Origin: an uncultured bacterium
Lineage (GTDB): Bacteria; Babelota; Babeliae; Babelales; Babelaceae
Assembly: GCA_963722385.1 (NCBI GenBank)
Contig: CAVRKK010000002.1
Location: 64,001-128,000 of the forward strand
Direction of reading: 5' to 3'
Length of the DNA stretch: 64,000 bases
This document shows positions 1 to 10,058 of this stretch, piece after piece. Numbering within the stretch: the stretch's first letter is position 1; every line of letters starts with the position of its first letter. A model generated the notes under the pieces. It saw only the letters and a list, made by a program, of their open reading frames with translations. It searched no databases and was not told the DNA's origin. The translations under genes were made by a program, and so were the position numbers.

Positions 1-370
1 CGTTTGCCCCAACCTCAAAGAGTGAGACATTATTTGAATTTATATTAGCAGTAGCAAGGTAAGCACCGTTTGGTGAAAATGAGATTGAATAAGGCCCTGA
101 AGAACCATAAAGAAGTCTATTCGTCGATAGAAAGGTGAGGGATCCTGCTGAGTCCACCTGAAACATTGCTACCGAATCCGAGTAGTTATTAGCAGTGGCT
201 AGAAATGAGCCGTTCGGCGAAAAAGCTGCTGATCGAGGGGGGGTGGACTGCTCAGGAGGTAATGTATAATTAATTCCCGATAGGGCAGGGCACGTAGCTT
301 GTACTTCCATAGTAAACACAAAAATAGCAGCTAATACTATATAAGCAGCATTATTGAGCACCAAAAACAT
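1..370 (-). CDS. Secreted beta-propeller repeat protein, 5' part (runs off window); paralog of 426..2627
   Basis: ATG at 370 and hydrophobic N-terminus (MFLVLNNAAYIVLAAIFVF); repeats such as AAFSPNGSFLATANN and ISFSPNGAYLATAN match the neighbour. Confidence 0.8.
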   Translation of the reverse strand, partial: MFLVLNNAAYIVLAAIFVFTMEVQATCPALSGINYTLPPEQSTPPRSAAFSPNGSFLATANNYSDSVAMFQVDSAGSLTFLSTNRLLYGSSGPYSISFSPNGAYLATANINSNNVSLFEVGAN

Positions 371-425
371 AGCGAAATCCTCTTCACCTTATAATACAGG
401 AGCAACGACAACTATTACACGCTTC

Positions 426-2627
426 TTAACCCAAGATGCCCAGCAAGACACGGTCAAAAAGACTATGGCTAAAAACCCTCGAGCCCCCATTTACTGAGGA
501 TAATGACGATGTCGTTGTCGAATTTGATAGCGATGTGATAGTAAAAAGTGTAATATCATGTGAAACAACATTAGCGGTGCCTAGATAAGAACCGTCAATC
601 GAAAAAGCTATTGATTGAGGAGCCTTAGAGCCAGGAGGCAATGAAAAAGAACGCGCCCCACTCAGTATTCCCTGTGCTCCAACAATAAATACGGTTACAT
701 CACTTGAGCTGATATTAGCGATAGCAAGATAAGATCCATCGGGTGAGAACGCAATTGATTTCGGGTTTGTTGAGCCTGATGGCAGTTTATAGGATATTCC
801 ACCAGTCAGTGTACCATCTGTAACCTGAAATACGGTTACATCGTTTGAACCAGTATTAGCAGTAGCAAGATACGCGCCATCAGGTGAAAATGTTAGTGAA
901 CTAGACCCTCTTGAACCAGAAGGCACATGGTACGAAATACCGCCGCTCAGCGCGCCCCCCGCTCCTACACTGTATACCGTTACGTCGTTGCTTACATTAA
1001 CAGTAGCTAGATACAGGTTATCTGGTGAGTAGGCTACACAACAGGGCCCAGTAGATCCAGTAGGCAAGGGATACGATGTACCAGCACTGAGTACTCCTCC
1101 TGCTCCTACGGCAAAGACACTTATATCATTGCTCGTATTGGCGCTCGCAAGATATGAGCTATTAGGCGAAAATGCTACCGCCGTCGGATTTTGCGAACCG
1201 GAGGGTAAGGCATAGAAAATTTCTCCACTTAAGACGCTTGTTCCCGCGTTAAATATACCAACCGCAGGTCCTAAAAGAGCAACAGCAAGGTATAAGCCAT
1301 TTGGTGAATATGCTGCTGAAGAGGTTCCCGCACCACCACCATATGAAGCGGACCCACTTGAGAAGCCTCCCGCCGTCACATTAAATACCGTTTCAGATGA
1401 CTGGACGTTATATAAACCTCCGTTAGCAGTAGCTGCGTATAAGCCATTGGGAGAAAACGCAATTGATTGCGGAGCCGCAGTAGAGTTAAGAATCACAGGA
1501 ATTACTCTTGGGCGGCTCAGAATACCCTTTGTTCCTACATTAAACGCGGTGATATTTGTCGAAGTGTTATTAGCAAGAACAAGCTGTGTGCTATCAGGTG
1601 AAAACGTGAGCGGATACGGCCCGGCCGCCTCGTGAGGTATTGGATATGAAGCGCCTCCTGTCAGAGCACCACCTGTTTCTACTTGAAATATTGTTACCGT
1701 TCCTTGATTTATTGTATTATTACCACTTGCTAAATAGGCTCCATTAGGTGAAAATGCTATTGAAGTTGGCGTAGCAGAATAAGCGGGTAATGGGTACGAA
1801 ACGCCATTGCTCAAGGCTCCACCGTTTGTAACGCTCAACACGCTTATGTCACTTGAATCTTCATTAGCAGTAGCAAGATATGCGCCAGTTGGTGAAAACG
1901 CTACCGCTTGGGGATTGCTAGATCCAGCGGGTAATACATAGGATATACCGGTACTCAGCGTACCTCCGATAACATTAAATATAGTTATGTTATTTGAGGT
2001 GGCATTAGCAGTAGCAACATATGAGCCATTGGGTGAAAATACTATTGAAACGGGGGCTGTTGATCCCGCTGGCAGAGCATATGAAACACCTCCACTTAAA
2101 ACGCCATTCATGCCAACGCTAAATAATGTTACATTATCTGAACCGTTATTAACAGTAGCAAGATATGAGCTATTGGGTGAAAATGCAATTGAGTATGGCG
2201 CTGTTGACCCTGCAGGTAAGGGATATGACTGAGCTCGAGTCAAGACTCCCCCGACTCCAATAGTAAATACAGTTACATCATTTGAAGTTAGATTGGCAGT
2301 AGCAAGGTATGCGCCATTCGATGAAAATGCTAGTGAGTAAGGAGCGCTCGAACCGATGGGTAAAGCATATGAGCAGGGCAAACTAAATACCCCGTCTGAC
2401 TCTACGCTAAATATCGTCACACTGCTTGAAAAATTATTTGCGGTTGCTAGATATAATCCATCTGGTGAAAACGCCACTGCATGGGGCGGCGTGTAGATCG
2501 AGGCTGGCGGCAACTTATAGCTAGTTCCCGATAACGACGGATATGCAGCATACATTGGAGAGGATGCGCAAACAATAACTAATAGCGTTTGAATACGTAG
2601 AAAAACAGTGCTCAGCCTAGAGAACAT
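426..2627 (-). CDS. Secreted beta-propeller (WD40/lactonase-like) repeat protein, ~14 blades
   Basis: ~49-aa repeats LPxGSxxPxSIAFSPNGxYLATANxxSNDVTVF; signal peptide. Confidence 0.85.
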   Translation of the reverse strand: MFSRLSTVFLRIQTLLVIVCASSPMYAAYPSLSGTSYKLPPASIYTPPHAVAFSPDGLYLATANNFSSSVTIFSVESDGVFSLPCSYALPIGSSAPYSLAFSSNGAYLATANLTSNDVTVFTIGVGGVLTRAQSYPLPAGSTAPYSIAFSPNSSYLATVNNGSDNVTLFSVGMNGVLSGGVSYALPAGSTAPVSIVFSPNGSYVATANATSNNITIFNVIGGTLSTGISYVLPAGSSNPQAVAFSPTGAYLATANEDSSDISVLSVTNGGALSNGVSYPLPAYSATPTSIAFSPNGAYLASGNNTINQGTVTIFQVETGGALTGGASYPIPHEAAGPYPLTFSPDSTQLVLANNTSTNITAFNVGTKGILSRPRVIPVILNSTAAPQSIAFSPNGLYAATANGGLYNVQSSETVFNVTAGGFSSGSASYGGGAGTSSAAYSPNGLYLAVALLGPAVGIFNAGTSVLSGEIFYALPSGSQNPTAVAFSPNSSYLASANTSNDISVFAVGAGGVLSAGTSYPLPTGSTGPCCVAYSPDNLYLATVNVSNDVTVYSVGAGGALSGGISYHVPSGSRGSSSLTFSPDGAYLATANTGSNDVTVFQVTDGTLTGGISYKLPSGSTNPKSIAFSPDGSYLAIANISSSDVTVFIVGAQGILSGARSFSLPPGSKAPQSIAFSIDGSYLGTANVVSHDITLFTITSLSNSTTTSSLSSVNGGSRVFSHSLFDRVLLGILG

Positions 2628-2667
2628 AGTACAGTCCTTACCGTAATTTTTTTCAACTGATCAACTT

Positions 2668-2695
2668 ATTATAACGTCCGTTATTCTTTTGTCAA
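2668..2695 (-). promoter_or_regulatory. sigma70 promoter TTGACA-16-TATAAT
   Basis: Consensus hexamers 40 bp upstream of the 2627 start. Confidence 0.55.
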
Positions 2696-2802
2696 CTACT
2701 CGTTACAGTCCAAAAAATAGCGATAATGGAGATTGAGAGAAGCCTTAGGAAATAATAGATAGAGAAAGTCAAATACCCATAGCTGAACGATTGTCTTAAA
2801 AG

Positions 2803-3755
2803 TCAAGCATGACTTGCATCCCATATATTGCCTCCTTTTACCATAACATTAAGTATGATTATAAGTTTACGCATAACAGCTACCACAGCCACTTTAAAAG
2901 TTTTACCTGCTTCTCGCAACCTTTTATAAAAAGATCTAAAAACAGAATTACATCGAATAGCAACAAGAGAGGCCATATATAAGGTTGATCGAGCTCTTTT
3001 TCTACCTCCACTAATAGCTGCTGTACCTTGGCTTTTGCCACTTTGTTTGATAAAGGGGGCCACTCCTAAAATTGCTCCGATTTCTTTGTTGTTTACATTG
3101 CCAAGCTCAGGAACTTCCGCCATTAGCGTATATACAGTAACCTTACCAACGCCCGGTGTACTGATTCGATAATCTTAGCTTTGGTATTAAACGCCTCGGA
3201 TTCGACTATTTGGTTAATTTCTTTCTCAATAGATTCAAGCTGTTTTTTCATAAATGAAATATGCTGCTCAATGAATTCCTTACAGTATCTTTGTTGCGGA
3301 TGTTGCAGTTTGTTATTTTCTTGTGTGATATTAGTAACAAGATCCATTCTACACTTTACTAATGCTCGCAACATTTCTTCATCTTCGGAATGGTTAGTCG
3401 ACTGGTGCTTTGACTGCTTTTGAGATGCAAACAAGGCTATCATCCGAGCATCGATCTTACCAGTCTTTGCCTTGATGCCTTCAGCAACAATAAATGCCCT
3501 AATTCGTTTTGCTTGAACACGCCATACCGCATAGTTGTTTTTGGCAAGTTTCTTGAGCATCAGATATTCATAGCCACCTGAAGACTCACATACGATTTGA
3601 GCAATTTTATGCTTAGATAGAATTTTAATCAGCTTGCTTAGCCCTTGCTCTGTATTGTCTATTCTTAAGTCTTTTTCTAGTGGGTATAGATGGACATCCA
3701 AAAACTCTTTAGATACATCTACACCAACATAAACTTGTGATACAATAGGTTTCAT
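2803..3755 (-). pseudogene. IS110 recombinase/transposase, frameshifted near 3158
   Basis: GVDVSK and VCESSG motifs; KTGKIDA (usually KTDxxDA); (S)VPGVG and QSGKS continue in another frame. Confidence 0.88.
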
Positions 3756-3915
3756 ATAGTGCCTCTACTTTGTATACGGGATCAAAGTCCCACTCGATTG
3801 TTCGAGCTGTACTATATATGCTAGCAGGTCCTACGTTTTAGAACGGTTTTTAACCACAAAAGGGCACAGGCTCCTGTTAGCCTTTCTAAATTTAGCGTCC
3901 CAAACTTAGAAATCA
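3756..3915 (-). ncRNA. Putative IS110 bridge RNA
   Basis: Contains GCCCTTT (same as left target flank), ACAATCG (same as left donor) and ATACAAA (complement of right donor) in the expected order. Confidence 0.7.
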
Positions 3916-4110
3916 AATTCAATATACAAGAAAGGGCCTGCAATGGGCTTTTCGATCAGTTATATGTTACTTTAAAATTATCGAATTTAGCTTGTTTGAA
4001 AATAACCAAATAACACAGTATTCTATTAAAAACAGTGTATCTATGTTCATGAAGATAGCACATATGTTGAAAGTGCTTGATGGAAGTTGAATGATTGTGT
4101 GAGGATTTAC

Positions 4111-6462
4111 ATGAAGATATATTTTCTTTTGGTTTGTATGAGTACCGGCTTAATTTTTTATACTGGGTATGCTATGCAAGAGCCGAGCCGTCAAGCAACT
4201 GAAAAGCTTGCGCAAGCAATAGAAAATTCGGGAACATTGGTAAAAGATCAAGAAAGGGCATTAGCCGAGGCAACACAAGCAATTGCACAAGGTGCTGATG
4301 TTAATGCTTTAATGACGTTTTCTGCCTTTGATGGGACGCATACTATACCAATGATAAATGCTGCGGCAAGGAAAGGCAATTTTTACCTTATAAGGCTTTT
4401 GTATAACCAGGGAGTACCTATTAATTCTCAGGAGCCACTTAAACGAGAAAGGACTCGTTGGCAACCAACAAGTGTTATTTTTGGCTACTTGGCAAGTCAG
4501 CCGGGAAGTTCTACTCTTGATGAGGCAGGTAGATGGCTATTGCTGCATGGTGCTCGTTTAAATACACAACCGGCATCTGAGCTTGCTCCTCTCTTAGGCA
4601 GACGTTACTTTATATGGCAATGGCTTTTTATGCATGGGTTTAGCATAAGGCATGCTTCTAGAGCTCAAGATGATGTTATTGGTACTTTGATACAAGATAC
4701 GTATGAGCACCGGCCTTTACTACAAGCTATTATACTTAATCACGATACGCATTATCTTTTGAAAAACATGGCAAGTCAAAAAAGCCTTAACGAAGGGAAA
4801 AAAAATGAGCTTCGTTATGCTCTTATGCTTGCAGCTGCTCAGTGTAGCTCAGCTTTGCGCTATATTTTAGAACATAAAACTTTAGTATCTCAGCTTTCGT
4901 TACTTGATTTTATGGACGCAATGAGCAAAGCAGTCCTTGTAGGATACCTTGACGGTGTTAAAATGCTTTCTAAGGTACCGGGAAGCTTGCTTACTGTTCT
5001 TGGACAAGGCTTATCAAGAGCAAAAATAATAAGTTGTATTGAAAATTTTATTCGCTATGCCTACGTTCAAGAACATACTGACGTTGTTGAGTATTTCCAT
5101 ACAATAAATGACGAGTTCAAGCTCGATATTAACTTTAATGATGTTCTTGAATCGATACGGCCACAGCCTCATCTTATTCAGGCAGAAAGTGGAGAAACGC
5201 CGGGTGGGGACAAAGAAAAAGAGAAGGAAAAAGAAAATACTCCTTCAGTAGAGAGCCAAGATGATTTTAATGAACAGCTTACAAGAGCGCTTGCAGCACA
5301 TGATGTGAAAGAAATTGAAGCATGGCTTAGACAAGGAGCTAATCCTAATAGCAATGCTGCCCAAAGGGCACTTATACGTGCTTCAACACAGGCGAATCTT
5401 GAGCTTATCCAGCTCCTGTTCAGCTACGGCGCTTCGCTTAATGTGCGCTTTGAGCCGGCCAATGATAGCTACTCTAAGGAGGTAAATCTAGCTGGTTGGA
5501 TGCCGGGAGGTAATCTCGTGTGGGGGCTTGTTCAAGCTGCTACTTGCAATAAATCAAAGCCTTTGACTGATAGGGTTATTGAAGGATTAAAATGGCTTGA
5601 CATGCATGGCGCTGATCTTAATCAACATAATACCGCTGGGTATTCTGTTATTTCATCGGCTTCGCGATCTCAGCCGAAAATTATTAGCTGGTTGCTAGAG
5701 CATGGAGTTACTTTTGCACCACAGGCTTTCTCTAATAAGCAAAAACGGCAGCGGGTCAGAGAACAAATAGAAGCTGCTTATCCAGATCAGCCATTATTAC
5801 AGGAAATCGCATTAGCTCAATCAGGCAACCCGAGCAAAGCTCAAAAGCAACAAAAAGCTCATTCTCTCATTGAAGAATTAAACGAAGAAAAAATGAGAGA
5901 TAGTTTTAACTTAAATGATGCAAAGCTCATTAATCATGCATTTACATTAGCGGTAGCCCAAAATAATAACTTGTACAAAATGATTATGGGTATTGAAGGG
6001 CGTAATCTCTCTAATCCTACTTTACAGCAAGCATTGATTACCGCCGCTAATCGCGGCAACAGTGAAGCAGCTGAAGCAATTATACATTATGCTCACGCAG
6101 ATATTCGAGTAAAAGAATCAGATTGGCATGAAGCAATTTTAAAAGCGCTTAATGGCGCTATCCTTCATAATAACTTAGATATTATTAACCACTTAGTAAT
6201 AACATTACCTGTAGAAGTTATTAATGAGGCTATTGATCGTTTACAATTAGCTGTCTTTTCCACTTCAACCTCTGAAAGAGAGCACCCTCATGAACTTATC
6301 GCACTACTTGCTCGTATACGAGAAAAGGAAACCGAAAACAATACTTTGTATGGCAATTTTAGTAACTTTTTAGTCAATGTAAACTCCCATATTTTCCCTG
6401 AGTTCTTACCAGCTTTGTTTACCATAATGGCCACTTTATGGCAGCGTTCTAGCCATGGTTGA
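4111..6462 (+). CDS. Secreted ankyrin-like repeat protein, paralog of 36409..38769
   Basis: Signal peptide ending YA-MQE; GADVN, GANPN and GADLN ankyrin motifs; GAGG RBS before 4111. Confidence 0.8.
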   Translation: MKIYFLLVCMSTGLIFYTGYAMQEPSRQATEKLAQAIENSGTLVKDQERALAEATQAIAQGADVNALMTFSAFDGTHTIPMINAAARKGNFYLIRLLYNQGVPINSQEPLKRERTRWQPTSVIFGYLASQPGSSTLDEAGRWLLLHGARLNTQPASELAPLLGRRYFIWQWLFMHGFSIRHASRAQDDVIGTLIQDTYEHRPLLQAIILNHDTHYLLKNMASQKSLNEGKKNELRYALMLAAAQCSSALRYILEHKTLVSQLSLLDFMDAMSKAVLVGYLDGVKMLSKVPGSLLTVLGQGLSRAKIISCIENFIRYAYVQEHTDVVEYFHTINDEFKLDINFNDVLESIRPQPHLIQAESGETPGGDKEKEKEKENTPSVESQDDFNEQLTRALAAHDVKEIEAWLRQGANPNSNAAQRALIRASTQANLELIQLLFSYGASLNVRFEPANDSYSKEVNLAGWMPGGNLVWGLVQAATCNKSKPLTDRVIEGLKWLDMHGADLNQHNTAGYSVISSASRSQPKIISWLLEHGVTFAPQAFSNKQKRQRVREQIEAAYPDQPLLQEIALAQSGNPSKAQKQQKAHSLIEELNEEKMRDSFNLNDAKLINHAFTLAVAQNNNLYKMIMGIEGRNLSNPTLQQALITAANRGNSEAAEAIIHYAHADIRVKESDWHEAILKALNGAILHNNLDIINHLVITLPVEVINEAIDRLQLAVFSTSTSEREHPHELIALLARIREKETENNTLYGNFSNFLVNVNSHIFPEFLPALFTIMATLWQRSSHG

Positions 6463-6571
6463 TATGCAAGTATGCCTAAAAATTTTAAATAATTGTTAAG
6501 AAACAGAAAAAAATTGAAAAAAGCATGTTTTAAGGATCGTCCTCCCGCTCGTATACTCTAAAAACATTCGG

Positions 6572-6886
6572 TTATAAAACGTCTCTTACTAGCCCTGCTA
6601 CTAACTGATTATCTGGCTCTTGTTGCTCAACATTCATTGTCCTCTTCAAATAATAAACAATATGCTTTTGAGCAACTTGAGGTGCCTGCTTTTGCATAAT
6701 ACTAGGCTCTTTTAAAACAAGAGCAACAACTAACTGACCGAAAAGAGCATCAAATATCCTAGATAATGTTAACAAAGTTGGCTCACTTCGCCCTTGCTCG
6801 AGCTGAGAAATCGTCGGCTGCGGAACTTGAGCATGTTCTGCAAGAATTTTCTAGGACATTCTTAATTGCCTACGAATAAGCTTCAC
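6572..6886 (-). pseudogene. XRE-HTH regulator (mobile mystery protein A-like) with in-frame TAG at 6851-6853
   Basis: IRRQLRMS*KILAEHAQVPQPTISQLEQGRSEPTLLTLSRIFDAL...RTMNVEQQ. Confidence 0.65.
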
Positions 6887-7193
6887 GGGTCTCACAAATC
6901 AAGGGAATCTGGCGCCGGACTAATTGAAAAGAACTGTAATGAGCTCTTGATGCAGACTGTGCCAAACAATACTATCAATAAGAGCGCTTTGTTGCTACAT
7001 AGTGAACCTCTAATCGAAAAAATTCCCGCTGCAGGTCAGAGATCTTCTGATCGGATTTTGTTTCGGAAGATCATTCCTTTTCATCGGCTGATTATTCGTC
7101 AGTTGAGTGTTCACCCTCTCGCTAACTCAGTTTTCACGACCAGGGTTTTTCCTGGTTCGACACGATTGCTGGAAGTTATTATAATGCTCGTTA

Positions 7194-8087
7194 ATGACAA
7201 GTTCGATAAGGAATCCCGTGAAGAGATTAATCATCGTGGTACTGTGTGTAACATTAACGAGTGCTGCCTTATTGCGCTCGTTTCCTATTGCGACGGATGT
7301 GAAAGTGGGGATTGGACCAGCAGTCAACCAAGTTGTTGGCATAAATCACTTTACACTTGCTGCTAGCAATAAAAAAGCAAAAACCAAGATTCTCAGCCTT
7401 GATAATCCTTGTGCGTTGATTTACGGCTCCTTAACGTTTCATGCGTTTGATTTTCTCTTTTCAAAGCTTATTGTTGTCAATGTACGTGGCCAAAATGGCT
7501 ATTTTACGAGCAACAGTTCCGAGCAAGAATCTCCATTTACTGTTCAAGCTAACCTTGACGGTTTGATAAATACTAATATTTTTGCTATTGCACTGCTTGA
7601 AGGAATTGAATGGGATATCTTAGACAACCTCTCATTACTTGCTGCTCCTGGTTACCTTCATGTCCAAGGTGAGCGTTTTATCGAGTTTTCCGGGACCACA
7701 GCGAGCGCTCACACCAAAAGTACTTTTAATGCAGGAGGCTTTCAAGTAGGGGGGAAAATCAAGCCAAGCGAAGAAACAGCACTGAAAGCATCGTATTATT
7801 TTTTTCTAGGTCCCCTTTCAGCACAGATTTTGAATTCCCCCGGTACGATCATCACGCTTTTTGCAACCCCCCTTTTTATGTTTAATGGAGTTGCTATAGA
7901 GTATGACTATCAAATTCGCGAAGATTGCTCGGTATTTCTTCTTGGTGGTTGGTCAGTATCACAAAATATTAAAAAACTTGATGTCAAGTCTCCTCTTTCG
8001 GTTAACGCTCTGATGAGGCATCAAAGCGTTCCTCTTTTTAGATCGCAATTTTTAAGCCTAATCATTGGCTTACAATGGAAGTTTTAG
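7194..8087 (+). CDS. Hypothetical exported protein, probable outer-membrane beta-barrel
   Basis: Signal-like N-terminus, alternating beta-strand pattern, C-terminal IIGLQWKF. Confidence 0.55.
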   Translation: MTSSIRNPVKRLIIVVLCVTLTSAALLRSFPIATDVKVGIGPAVNQVVGINHFTLAASNKKAKTKILSLDNPCALIYGSLTFHAFDFLFSKLIVVNVRGQNGYFTSNSSEQESPFTVQANLDGLINTNIFAIALLEGIEWDILDNLSLLAAPGYLHVQGERFIEFSGTTASAHTKSTFNAGGFQVGGKIKPSEETALKASYYFFLGPLSAQILNSPGTIITLFATPLFMFNGVAIEYDYQIREDCSVFLLGGWSVSQNIKKLDVKSPLSVNALMRHQSVPLFRSQFLSLIIGLQWKF

Positions 8088-8759
8088 CGATAGCAGGTTA
8101 TTTGAGGGTTGGGTAGCTCACAGCATAAAAGTTGAGATTAATTAGCGGTTTATCGAGTCCACGATAGCGTTTTTTGGCGAGTCCTGCTTGCAGCTCGGCA
8201 ATGTTTTGCCTTACTTTTGTCCAGAGCCTTTTCATCATACCGCTCGCTTGTCTGGGTAACATTACATGCTATTTGAGCGGGCAACTCATATATCTTGCGA
8301 AGCATCTTATAGCAGTTTTTCTGCAAGAACTTCTGATTACTCGTTTTGCTATGTTCATAAGCATATTTGCTCACACAATTTGCTCCATCACAGTACGCCA
8401 AGCTGCATCTGCCGCAAGAGTCTTTTATGTTCCTTCGTCGTATGTAATTTTAATTTGACCGCAACAATTTGCTTCATAGCGCGATTAAACCATACCTTAC
8501 ATAATCTGCATTGTAGGCGGCAATTTGCCGCAAGTTATCCGGAAGGAATTAACGAAACAGCTGTTTCACAAATTCTCTGGGGACATAGTATTATTCTCAT
8601 ACAAAAGACTCCCAGCAGTGAAATGCAGCAATGGCATACGAAAAAGACCATAAAAAATGGCTGGATGGATGTTTCCCTTTTTAAATAGGCTAACAAAACT
8701 TGCGTTCAACTCACCAGCAAAAGTACAATAAAAAGGTATACGTGAATGAGGAGGAATGT

Positions 8760-9335
8760 ATGGCACCTGATCAATCCCATAAGCATGGAGCCTTTGCAAT
8801 CGCCACCCTCGCCGGAGGTTGCTTTTGGTGCATGGTCCAGCCTTTTGAAGCTATCCCTGGAGTTATACGTGTTATTGCGGGATATGCCGGAGGCAGCGGT
8901 AAAAATCCAACCTACCAGGATTATGCTCAAAAAGGTTATGTTGAAGCTGTTCAGGTAACATACGACCCAAGCAAAGTAGATTACTTAACGATTTTAGATG
9001 TCTTTTGGAGGCAGATAGATCCAACAGATAGCGGTGGCCAATTCTTTGATAGAGGAAAACAGTATGGACCTACTGTCTTTTATCAAACGCCCGAGCAAAA
9101 AAAGCACGCTGAAGAATCGAAGCAAGCGTTAGAAAAATCAGGTAGATTTCCAAAAAAAATAGTGACTGAGGTCATACCATTCTCAACATTTTACCCTGCA
9201 GAACAATACCACCAAGAATATTACAAGAAAAACCCAGAACGCTACGAAGCATTTAAAAAAGGCTCTGGACGAGAAGCGTTTTTAAAAAAAGCATGGGGCA
9301 AAATCCAAGTGAAGACGAGATACGCACAAAATTAA
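8760..9335 (+). CDS. msrA: Peptide-methionine (S)-S-oxide reductase
   Basis: [43 protein letters not shown]. Confidence 0.93.
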   Translation: MAPDQSHKHGAFAIATLAGGCFWCMVQPFEAIPGVIRVIAGYAGGSGKNPTYQDYAQKGYVEAVQVTYDPSKVDYLTILDVFWRQIDPTDSGGQFFDRGKQYGPTVFYQTPEQKKHAEESKQALEKSGRFPKKIVTEVIPFSTFYPAEQYHQEYYKKNPERYEAFKKGSGREAFLKKAWGKIQVKTRYAQN

Positions 9336-9751
9336 CACCACTCCAATGCGATGTTATCCTATGCGGCGGAACTGAACCTCCCTTCCACAACGAATACTGG
9401 AATAATAAAGAGCCGGGAATTTATGTTGATAGCGTGTCCGGCGAACCACTCTTTAGCTCGCTCAATAAGTACGATTCAGGCACTGGATGGCCAAGCTTTA
9501 CCAAACCGCTTGAGCCAGATAACATCGTAGAACAAGAAGATAATAAGCTCCCTATCCCTCGCATTGAAGTTCGTAGTAAACAAGCCGATTCGCATTTGGG
9601 ACATGTCTTTCCTGATGGGCCCCCACCCATAGGACTACGCTATTGTATCAACTCAGCAGCGCTTCGCTTTATCCCCCTTACAGAACTTGAAAAAGAAGGG
9701 TATGGGAAGTATAAGGAACTCTTTAACACTGCCAACTCTCAAAAGCAGTAA
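9293..9751 (+). CDS. msrB: Peptide-methionine (R)-S-oxide reductase (possibly the C-terminal half of a frameshifted MsrAB fusion)
   Basis: [33 protein letters not shown]. Confidence 0.93.
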   Translation: MGQNPSEDEIRTKLTPLQCDVILCGGTEPPFHNEYWNNKEPGIYVDSVSGEPLFSSLNKYDSGTGWPSFTKPLEPDNIVEQEDNKLPIPRIEVRSKQADSHLGHVFPDGPPPIGLRYCINSAALRFIPLTELEKEGYGKYKELFNTANSQKQ

Positions 9752-10058
9752 CAAGGCTTACCTTCGTTCCTCACGAGAAGCTTTTCGATCACAAGATCTC
9801 GCCAACACTAAAACAATCTACTCGGATATTAACACGGATGCTACGAGTATGTTAAAGTATATCCTAGCTTACATCCTAGGCAAAAAATAATCTACCTCAA
9901 GCCTAATTTCTCTATTCCTAAATGCATCGCTTCGGTACCACCTTGAGAGAGAAATTGATTAAAGACGATATCAGATAGTAGAGTCTTCATAGTATATAAC
10001 AAAATAAGAAAACCACTTAGTTTTTCATAGCACGACCTTAGATACAAGAAATGCGCCA

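Larger units (their letters stand above)
2786..3930 (-). mobile_element. IS110-family element (IS621-like layout, non-coding left end)
   Basis: IS110 recombinase; right end ACAATCG-TT and left end CT-TGTAT; joined ends give TTGACT-17-TATATT. Confidence 0.88.

Noticed and set aside
8100..8700. Overlapping short Cys-rich ORFs
   Set aside because: No coherent frame or motif; probably a decayed gene, product not assignable.
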